A stretch of DNA of 64,000 nt, taken from a virus. The stretch lies in IMG/VR virus record IMGVR_UViG_3300045789_000711, positions 1-64,000 of that record, one strand, 5' to 3'. Under the pieces are notes generated by a model. That model made no database searches, had not been told where the DNA came from, and worked only from the letters and a program-made list of their open reading frames with translations. Shown here piece after piece: positions 57,004 through 64,000 of the stretch. Position 1 is the stretch's first letter, and each line of letters starts with the position of its first letter. The position numbers and the translations under genes were made by a program.

Positions 57004-57519
57004 ATGAAATTTAACGGTAAACCTTTAAAAAATCTCGCGCACAAAATGGTTACTACCCATTACCAGTTAGGCTGGCAGTGGGTTGTTGAGTTTACGGGGG
57101 CTGGTATTAGTCCCCCGTCAGACTTCGAGATTTTCGCTAAGTCAATCGAGCATGGCGGCGACACGATTGAATACGAAGAGAAGCAAATCGGCGCGAACAC
57201 AATCAACTCACCAGTACACAAGACGGCAGGCACTATCACGCTGATCATTCGTGATCATGAAGATGGCCGTTGTGAGAAGTTTTTCAAGACGCTCACTAAG
57301 CGCGTGGTTAACTCCGATGGAACGGTAAACCTACCTGCTGATTATCTCTTTCAGCTCAAGCTATATCGAGTGATGGATGATGATAGCAAGGTGTTAGATC
57401 GTGACTGGACAGTCTCAATGGCAGAGTACGGCAGCATGACTCGCTCACAAGAGCAAATCGGTGAGTTCGTTTCGTATCCGGCAGTGTTTAAAAAGTATCA
57501 AGCGTTTGAAAAGGAATAA
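57004..57519 (+). CDS. tub: P1 Tub-like tail tube/initiator protein
   Basis: GWQW.VE, DGTVNLP..Y; synteny. Confidence 0.7.
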   Translation: MKFNGKPLKNLAHKMVTTHYQLGWQWVVEFTGAGISPPSDFEIFAKSIEHGGDTIEYEEKQIGANTINSPVHKTAGTITLIIRDHEDGRCEKFFKTLTKRVVNSDGTVNLPADYLFQLKLYRVMDDDSKVLDRDWTVSMAEYGSMTRSQEQIGEFVSYPAVFKKYQAFEKE

Positions 57520-57525
57520 TCATCA

Positions 57526-58335
57526 ATGTCTAACGTTCCCATTATTAAGTTACCTAGTTCTGGTAAGGCCGTTAAATTCCGTGAAGCCACGGTAGAAGAT
57601 TGCATAGCTTACTGTGATCTAAATGAAGCCTTTGATGAAGCTATGGCGACGGAATACTTAAACTCAGTGCAAGTAGGTGAGCTAAGTGATTCAAGCCTAT
57701 GGACGGCCCAAGATAGACGCCTAGCGCTATGGTGGATCTTCATTACAACTAGCACAGACACAACGATTGCTTATGAGTACCCGTGTGGCCATTGCGGTGA
57801 GCATCACACGCAGTTAGTTGACCTTGTTGATTTGGATGAAGAGGCCACCAGCTTACGTGTGAAGCCTTACATTGATGATGAAATCCAGTTTAATGATGTC
57901 ACCCGCAGAATAAGACTTCACCCGTACAACGGCTTGGCCATGATGCACATGGAGCAGCACAGTATTGACCATAGTGATCTCGAACCGGATACAACGGAAT
58001 ACCGCAAAGCTGCAGCAAGGTTAAAGCTGTTAGAAGTGGCCCATGCGTTCACCTTTACCGACGAAAAGGAAAAGGACTTCGACAAGGCGCTTGCTAAGAA
58101 GCTAGAGGCTATTTCAGTGATGAGCCGTACCAAAGAGTTCCCGTTACTTGTTGCTGCTGTGATATCAGCATTAGAGAAGCTTGAACACGGTCTTAATTGC
58201 CGTTTTGTCGATGGCCGTATCTCGATTGTGTCACCAGCAATGCCGTGTGAAACGGTAAAAGATGATAAGGGGGAAGCAATGTATTCACGATTGCTTATTC
58301 CATTTCAGTGTTCGGCTTTTATTCCGACGATATAA
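57526..58335 (+). CDS. pmgB: P1 PmgB-like tail/baseplate assembly protein
   Basis: LPS......FRE.T..D, WTAQDRR.ALWWIF, Y.C.HCG..H. Confidence 0.75.
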   Translation: MSNVPIIKLPSSGKAVKFREATVEDCIAYCDLNEAFDEAMATEYLNSVQVGELSDSSLWTAQDRRLALWWIFITTSTDTTIAYEYPCGHCGEHHTQLVDLVDLDEEATSLRVKPYIDDEIQFNDVTRRIRLHPYNGLAMMHMEQHSIDHSDLEPDTTEYRKAAARLKLLEVAHAFTFTDEKEKDFDKALAKKLEAISVMSRTKEFPLLVAAVISALEKLEHGLNCRFVDGRISIVSPAMPCETVKDDKGEAMYSRLLIPFQCSAFIPTI

Positions 58336-58477
58336 CTATCAATCGCTGATGACCATTATTAAAAACTTAACGGTTTATGGTGGTCAGCCATTAGATAGCG
58401 TTGTTAAAGGCAGCATGAATATGATCGAGTTAATTAACGACGGTCTTATTGATAAGTTTAAGAAGAAAGGGCGGTAA
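58336..58477 (+). CDS. Short ORF after pmgB (possible frameshift extension or small chaperone)
   Basis: NLTVYGGQP... open in the +1 frame from 58262; fills the gap before the tape measure gene. Confidence 0.5.
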
Positions 58478-58480
58478 ATT

Positions 58481-61400
58481 GTGGACAAGACGATAGTTGA
58501 TCAGGTTGAGGTAAAAGAGGCAAGTATTGATGCTATCTCTTTGGACTCACTTACCGACCAAGAGACACTTGAGCTAGCTGATGTTGTGACCGCGATTAGA
58601 CGCGCGTCAGACAATGAGATCTCAACAATCAACCAAGGCTTTGACCAATTAAAGTCAGCCTTGGTTAATTCGTTCAAGAATATAGGCAAGCAAAAACCCG
58701 CCAATAACACGGCAAAAACCAGCGTAAAAGAAGCAACAAACACGGCAATACATAGCGAAGCCATCAACAACACAGATAGTCACGCCGCCACAACTGGCAC
58801 TAACCCGCGTAAAAATAGCGGCTTTACGGATAAAGTAAGCGGTAAAGATGCGGATACATCGCAATCTATCGCGCTTGCTGGTGGTCGGCCTATTCAGGGG
58901 GTTAATCCTCAGCACAACACTATTGCGGCCCCAGCGGCACGTAAAAGACGCCAATTAGACCTTGTTGAAGTCGCGCCGGAGTTGGCCAGTGTTAGCCCTC
59001 AAAACGCTAATCAAGACGTACAAAGCATTTCGCAGATAACCAATGTTGCGGGTGATGAAAGCAATGCGTCAAATGTCACGAACAAAACGAGTTCAGGTAA
59101 TCGCAACAAGATAATCAATAGCAGGGCCGAGTCGCGTCTATCTAAACGTTCAGCCATTATTGATAGCAGTGTGACAGAGCAATACAAAGTTGATGCTAAG
59201 GGCCGTTTACGTAATGAGCGTGGGGCTTATGCGTCAAAGGTAGAGCAGAAGCAATACAAAAAAGCTACCAAGGCAAAAGCTGATGAAGCCACCGATAGCG
59301 GCGATCAACCTCAAGAGTCAGTCAAGCAAACCTCACTACTAAAACAATTACTCTTTTCTAGTGCAAAGATAGCTACCCTTGGCGCTGGGTATGGCGTGGG
59401 CCGTAATGGGCTTGGGGATAAAGACGGCACTATTAAGAATACGGCAGGCATGGCCGTTGGCGGGTCTTACTTCTTAGCAGCGCAAGAAGTCGCAACCATG
59501 ATGAATGACATTAAGGATTCGTTTAAGGATTCTGGCATTGAGTCATTTGGTGATGCAGTTAATAAGGTAAAGGAAAAGGCCAAGGCAGCTAAGGACAGTT
59601 TAACGGGCTTTGGTGGTAAAACGGTCAAGATGGCCAAGGCCGTGCAGATGCGTGTCACTGGTAAAGATGACGTACCGCCAGTGCATAAGCCAGTAAAGCG
59701 CAATCCTATATCAATGTTAATGGCCAAGCTGGGTCTATCTAAAACGTCAAACGATAACGATACGGTACGTGAAAGTAATAACGTAGTACGTGAAAACGAT
59801 AACGTTAGCAGTGAAAAAACTAACGTTAAAAGTGCATCAAATGACGTAATCGTTACCAATAACGCCAATATTGGTGCATCAAACGCCCAAAACAGTGAAT
59901 TAAGCGGGGATAAGGGCGTACAGGCTCAGTTGTTCAATGGCAGTGATAGCCAGTCTCAAGGTGAGCAGATAAGCGCTATTGATGAGAGTTCGCAAAAGGC
60001 CGTAGTCAGTAACAAAGAAAAACCAGTTAATGCCGCCGCGATCAGTGGGCCTAATGCGTCAGTGGATGGCAAGGTAGCGCCTAAGTGGATCAAGGCTAAC
60101 ACTAACCCGTTGTTCCGCTTCTTTGCTCGCCTACAGCCTAAAGCCACTAAAACCGACGAGGCCATGTTAACGGCCTATAAGTCAGAGGCTAAAGCGGAAG
60201 AGCAGCGCCACCAAGAATCACTTATTGCCTTGGGTGACATTAAAGATGGCATTAAAGGCATTGAGGGCGGTGAGGGTGGTAGCGGCTTGCTTGGTGATGC
60301 GCTTGATTTCATGGGTGACAGGAAGAAGCGCAAAAAAGGCCGTAACGCTAAAGGTTCTCAACGTTCAGGTCGCTTAAGTGGCTCTAATGGATCATCAAGA
60401 CGTACAGGCAGCTTTGAGTTGCCGGAAAAGTCCGAGCGAGTTAATAACCGGACGCGTCGCGGATCTGCTTATGGCTCTGCAGGCCGTTCGGCTGCTTCGG
60501 TTGGTACCACTGGCCGTGCTATTGGTGGTTCGGTTGCTGGTGGCGCAGTTAAAGCGGGTGGTTCAATGGCTGGTGGCGCGCTTAAAGCGGGTGGCGCTGT
60601 ACTGTCTAAGCTTGCATTGCCATTAACCATTGCTATGGCTGCTTATGATGGTTTCCAAGGCTATAACGATACCGAGGGCCAAAAGGATGCGTTCAAGCTT
60701 AAAGAGGGCCAAGAGGCTAGCGTGGGTCAAAAGGCGTCTTCTGCTGCAGGCTCGGTGTTATCGCTTGGCGGCTTAACTGATTTCATTGGCATATCGAGCG
60801 CGGATATTAGCAAGGCTGTTTATAAATCATTTGGTGGCAGCATTGAGGGTGAAGAAAGCCCTATGCTAAATCTGATGACGCCTATAACGCTACTAACAAG
60901 TGCTATCTCATCGTTTTCAGCTATCACCGATACCGACAAAATCAAAAGCACATTTGGTGTAGATAAAGATACGGATGTCAGTACAGGTCAACGCGCGGCC
61001 AGTCTTGCGGGTTCCGCTTTATCCATGGGTGGTTTATCCAATTTGTTTTTTGATACAAATTCAGAGGACATATCTAAATCAATTTATTCTTTCTTTGGCG
61101 GCAAGGCTGCAGACAGCGCCAGCAATGAAGCCAAAGCAAAAGAGCAGACAGCAAAGACGGTTACGGATACGGTTACATTACCAGTCACGGACACGGTTAC
61201 AAATACAGTTACGCCACCAGCCAGTAAATCGGCTAGTGATTCGAGTGATAAGCCCGTCAGTGTCATAGTGAAAGATCCGACTACGCAACCAGCCACGAAC
61301 ACGGTTACTAAACCAGTTACGAATACAGTTACAAATACAGTTACGGACAAGTTAGTTAATAACGCAGCCACAACGCAGCCTGCAGCGATAACACAAGCTT

Positions 61401-61738
61401 ACCCTTTGGTGTCAGGACAAGCGCCAGCTCGCATAATTTCCAATAACAAACAAACTGAGGACATCGAGCAGATTGAATCAGTTAATAAGCTAAAAGAAAG
61501 CATAGGCAATAAAGAGCGAGACGCCAAAACAACAAACGTCACTAATTCCCAGCTAATTGGAAAGGGGGATCCAGAGATAGTTAAACTTCTTAAATCAATT
61601 GATAAGAAATTGGATTCAAAGAAAGATCCAGCGCCATTTAGATTTGGCGGCGGTAATACCAAGCCATCGAGTGCAACGGCTATACCAAAGGACTTTACGA
61701 ATGCCGATCAACGTCAACAAGCCAACAACCTAGGTTAG
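58481..61738 (+). CDS. Tape measure protein (P1 Sit position)
   Basis: 1085 aa, Gly/Ala-rich amphipathic segments, between pmgB and pmgA. Confidence 0.8.
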   Translation: MDKTIVDQVEVKEASIDAISLDSLTDQETLELADVVTAIRRASDNEISTINQGFDQLKSALVNSFKNIGKQKPANNTAKTSVKEATNTAIHSEAINNTDSHAATTGTNPRKNSGFTDKVSGKDADTSQSIALAGGRPIQGVNPQHNTIAAPAARKRRQLDLVEVAPELASVSPQNANQDVQSISQITNVAGDESNASNVTNKTSSGNRNKIINSRAESRLSKRSAIIDSSVTEQYKVDAKGRLRNERGAYASKVEQKQYKKATKAKADEATDSGDQPQESVKQTSLLKQLLFSSAKIATLGAGYGVGRNGLGDKDGTIKNTAGMAVGGSYFLAAQEVATMMNDIKDSFKDSGIESFGDAVNKVKEKAKAAKDSLTGFGGKTVKMAKAVQMRVTGKDDVPPVHKPVKRNPISMLMAKLGLSKTSNDNDTVRESNNVVRENDNVSSEKTNVKSASNDVIVTNNANIGASNAQNSELSGDKGVQAQLFNGSDSQSQGEQISAIDESSQKAVVSNKEKPVNAAAISGPNASVDGKVAPKWIKANTNPLFRFFARLQPKATKTDEAMLTAYKSEAKAEEQRHQESLIALGDIKDGIKGIEGGEGGSGLLGDALDFMGDRKKRKKGRNAKGSQRSGRLSGSNGSSRRTGSFELPEKSERVNNRTRRGSAYGSAGRSAASVGTTGRAIGGSVAGGAVKAGGSMAGGALKAGGAVLSKLALPLTIAMAAYDGFQGYNDTEGQKDAFKLKEGQEASVGQKASSAAGSVLSLGGLTDFIGISSADISKAVYKSFGGSIEGEESPMLNLMTPITLLTSAISSFSAITDTDKIKSTFGVDKDTDVSTGQRAASLAGSALSMGGLSNLFFDTNSEDISKSIYSFFGGKAADSASNEAKAKEQTAKTVTDTVTLPVTDTVTNTVTPPASKSASDSSDKPVSVIVKDPTTQPATNTVTKPVTNTVTNTVTDKLVNNAATTQPAAITQAYPLVSGQAPARIISNNKQTEDIEQIESVNKLKESIGNKERDAKTTNVTNSQLIGKGDPEIVKLLKSIDKKLDSKKDPAPFRFGGGNTKPSSATAIPKDFTNADQRQQANNLG

Positions 61739-61741
61739 ATA

Positions 61742-62092
61742 ATGGAAATAAGAGAGATTGACTATTTAATGGATCTAAACGAGTCCGGTGTAATTACTTA
61801 TGCCGACTCGGATGCGACTGTTAACAACGTGCTTGAGTGGTTAGACACGCCAATGGGTACAGTCTATGGCCGTCCTGAGTGGGGGCATGACTTGATTAAG
61901 TTTAAGCATGAACCCACAGGATCCGCTATCACGGCCCAGAACATCGAATTTAGCATTGTCGATAAGATTGTTCAGGATATGCCAGATATTCAACTTCACA
62001 GTATTTACTGTGAGCCAAGCGCAGAGTTCCCAGACCTATACATCATTAGGATTGGGTTGTTAAACGGTGCCGTAGAAACAACTTTAAACTAG
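61742..62092 (+). CDS. pmgA: P1 PmgA-like (gp25-type) baseplate wedge / sheath initiator
   Basis: EWL.TP.G.VYG.P.WG......KHEP. Confidence 0.8.
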   Translation: MEIREIDYLMDLNESGVITYADSDATVNNVLEWLDTPMGTVYGRPEWGHDLIKFKHEPTGSAITAQNIEFSIVDKIVQDMPDIQLHSIYCEPSAEFPDLYIIRIGLLNGAVETTLN

Positions 62093-62105
62093 CAGGTAGC
62101 AAAGC

Positions 62106-63509
62106 ATGAGCGACAATACAGAATACAAAAACATCTTTGAAACAATCCTCACTCGCTATAGCTGGTGGTCACGATTACAGGGTTCACAGTTCGTTGAAAT
62201 GATAGCGACGTTTGTTGGCCAAATGGTCTACAAAGCCAATGCGGTATCAGTACGAAGCTTGCAAGAGGCCTTTTTGAGTACAGCCACCAAGCGCTCATCT
62301 ATTCTCGCTTCTGCAGAAGATAAGGGCTATATAGGCCGAAAAATCATGCCATCTACGGGTACAAGTGAGGTCGAAAACTTAACTAACGCTGTGATGTCAT
62401 TACCACGCAGTACACCGCTTATCTCTAATGCGGCTATTGAATACGTCACCATGGCTGCAGTTGAGATACCGCCATTTGGCAAGATTGAGATCCCCGTATC
62501 ACAGCTTGTGCTGAAAGTGCTTAAGACAACCGTCGATCAAGAAGACAAATTCTTAGAAGTCATTTTACCCAAGGCCATCACAACCAAGGCGCACAAAGTT
62601 GACGTTCTGGTATCAACGGCTTCTGGTGGTTATGACTTATGGCAAAAGAGCTATATGTTTAGACGAACTGGCGCGCGTGACAAGGCGTACACCGAGTTTT
62701 ACAAACCTACTGACCAGTTAGGCATTCGCTTTGGTAACGGCATTAACGGCAAAATCCCAAGTGCTAACTCTGAAATTACACTGAACGTGTGGACGACTGA
62801 GGGTGATACCACGCTAATTGATGACCAGCCACTTGAAATAACAGGTTCATTAGCTTACCTGAACGACTCAGTTAAGATTAAAACAGTAACGCCTATCGTT
62901 GGTGGTGCCTCTGCTGAAAGTGACGAAGAGACGCGCGCTGGTGCGTTGTACGTTACGCCATTTGATAATCAAATTGTGTGGGATGACGACTACAGCCATT
63001 ACATCAAGCAAAACATCGCTAACATCATTTGGGTGAATGCTTGGGGTGAGCAAGAACAAGAGAAGCAAGACGGTGTAAAAAACTTTTCCAATATCAATAC
63101 GATATTCATTAGTGCTTATTCAACAAAACTTGACCAAGAATCGTTAGGCGAAATCGTCAATGATTTACTTTCTGGTACTGACTACTTGAACAAGGTTTAT
63201 GTTTACAAGCCTGCAGTAGAGCGCCCGTTTACTATCACAATCAAAGGCAAGGCGTCAGGTGAAAAGGATCTTGTTCAGGTGGTAAAGGTTATTCGTGAAA
63301 CGATTGATTCAATTTACGGCAGCAAGCCTACTGGCGAACGCCCAGATAAGATATTAGAGAAAGACGTTAACGCCCTCGTTCGAGATCTTAATCTACTGCA
63401 CGATTTCTCGCTTGATTGGAGTGCATACCCGCAGAATATCATGCTAGAAGAGTACGTATTTATTGATGCGCTTACGTCTAACATCACTGTTAATTATGTT
63501 GAGGTGTAG
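62106..63509 (+). CDS. bplA: Baseplate J-like protein (P1 BplA-like)
   Basis: WWSRLQGSQFV, FLSTA..RSSILA, GIRFGNG..GKIP, WGE.EQE. Confidence 0.85.
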   Translation: MSDNTEYKNIFETILTRYSWWSRLQGSQFVEMIATFVGQMVYKANAVSVRSLQEAFLSTATKRSSILASAEDKGYIGRKIMPSTGTSEVENLTNAVMSLPRSTPLISNAAIEYVTMAAVEIPPFGKIEIPVSQLVLKVLKTTVDQEDKFLEVILPKAITTKAHKVDVLVSTASGGYDLWQKSYMFRRTGARDKAYTEFYKPTDQLGIRFGNGINGKIPSANSEITLNVWTTEGDTTLIDDQPLEITGSLAYLNDSVKIKTVTPIVGGASAESDEETRAGALYVTPFDNQIVWDDDYSHYIKQNIANIIWVNAWGEQEQEKQDGVKNFSNINTIFISAYSTKLDQESLGEIVNDLLSGTDYLNKVYVYKPAVERPFTITIKGKASGEKDLVQVVKVIRETIDSIYGSKPTGERPDKILEKDVNALVRDLNLLHDFSLDWSAYPQNIMLEEYVFIDALTSNITVNYVEV

Positions 63510-63511
63510 CC

Positions 63512-64000
63512 GTGGCTAATAACTGGCTAAAAGACCAACTGACAACCTCAAAAAAGCTGAGTCCAATGTGGGCCGGATTTGCTGATGCGCTGCAGGCTAT
63601 TTTCGATGAGCAAGTCAAACCACTAACAGAGCGAGTGGCATCACTTAACTCATACTTTACGATGCACAAAGATGACTTACAAAAGCGCCTAGATGAGCTT
63701 GGCACGTTCTTCTACTTTGCGGGTAACGTTGCTCAAGAAGATATGCCGCTTGCGCTCATGCAGAAGCTTGACGAGGTGCATTTCAAACGAACCGACTTAC
63801 CTATCCAAAACGCGATTAGTCGTGAATTTCAGGGCTTACAGGTTGTCTGGGCACCACTTTATGCGCCCAAGATAATAACGCCGACAGATAGCACTGATTA
63901 CACTAAAAAGATGTTCCAAGGTCAGTTGGTTAACGCCTTGCGCACCAAGGTTGAGATAGAAGACGGTAAAGAGGATGTAGGCAATTACTTTCTAACGTCG
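63512..64000 (+). CDS. P1 gp16-like baseplate protein, truncated by the window edge
   Basis: GTG at 63512 after GAGG; MANNWLKDQLT... DEVHFKRT..PI....REF....W.P.YAP. Confidence 0.75.
   Translation, partial: MANNWLKDQLTTSKKLSPMWAGFADALQAIFDEQVKPLTERVASLNSYFTMHKDDLQKRLDELGTFFYFAGNVAQEDMPLALMQKLDEVHFKRTDLPIQNAISREFQGLQVVWAPLYAPKIITPTDSTDYTKKMFQGQLVNALRTKVEIEDGKEDVGNYFLTS

Larger units (their letters stand above)
1..64000. mobile_element. P1-like phage-plasmid (part of the genome; extends beyond both window edges)
   Basis: P1 synteny darB-prt-pro, pacA-pacB-c1(rev), 26-25-7-24-6-5, 23-22-21-pmgG-bplB, pmgC-tub-pmgB-sit-pmgA-bplA-16, together with plasmid partition cassettes and a TA module; no host housekeeping genes seen. 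Confidence 0.95.

Noticed and set aside
1-64000. tRNA/rRNA genes, IS elements, reverse transcriptase/DGR
   Set aside because: No cloverleaf, transposase or RT motifs seen by eye; tRNAscan-SE or an HMM search would be needed to exclude them fully

Overview
The whole window is part of a P1-like (Punavirus-type) phage-plasmid of a gammaproteobacterium. The host may be Shewanella-like, but that is an impression from composition only. From left to right: (1) a >2200-aa DarB-type methyltransferase-helicase on the minus strand, running off the left edge and missing from the ORF track; (2) portal, prohead protease and a stand-alone Rz/Rz1 spanin pair; (3) an HTH replication initiator with 4x29-bp repeats and a probable antisense RNA; (4) an early region (MT-A70 methylase, RdgC, VRR-NUC, TraR/DksA finger); (5) an actin-type ParM partition cassette; (6) pacA/pacB, with a GATC-rich pac site inside pacA, and the C1 repressor; (7) an accessory region (degenerate tyrosine recombinase, Hha-like, DUF4262, a 999-aa unknown plus wHTH, DndB-like DGQHR operon); (8) a Walker-type ParA cassette with a 7x24-bp centromere, and a Phd/VapC toxin-antitoxin; (9) a tyrosine recombinase, an ART-fold ORF and mat; (10) the P1-type head, tail and baseplate genes. 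Much of the regulatory grammar can be read from the DNA. An asymmetric operator (ACATCCTAACA) occurs about 15 times. A late-promoter motif (CCCYGTTTT 28-30 bp before a -10 box) precedes four late operons. A candidate ~75-nt trans-acting sRNA has a seed complementary to four 5' UTRs. At least 44 Chi octamers were counted by eye. No CRISPR array, tRNA or rRNA was seen. P1 gene names come from remembered similarity, size and synteny, not from database searches.
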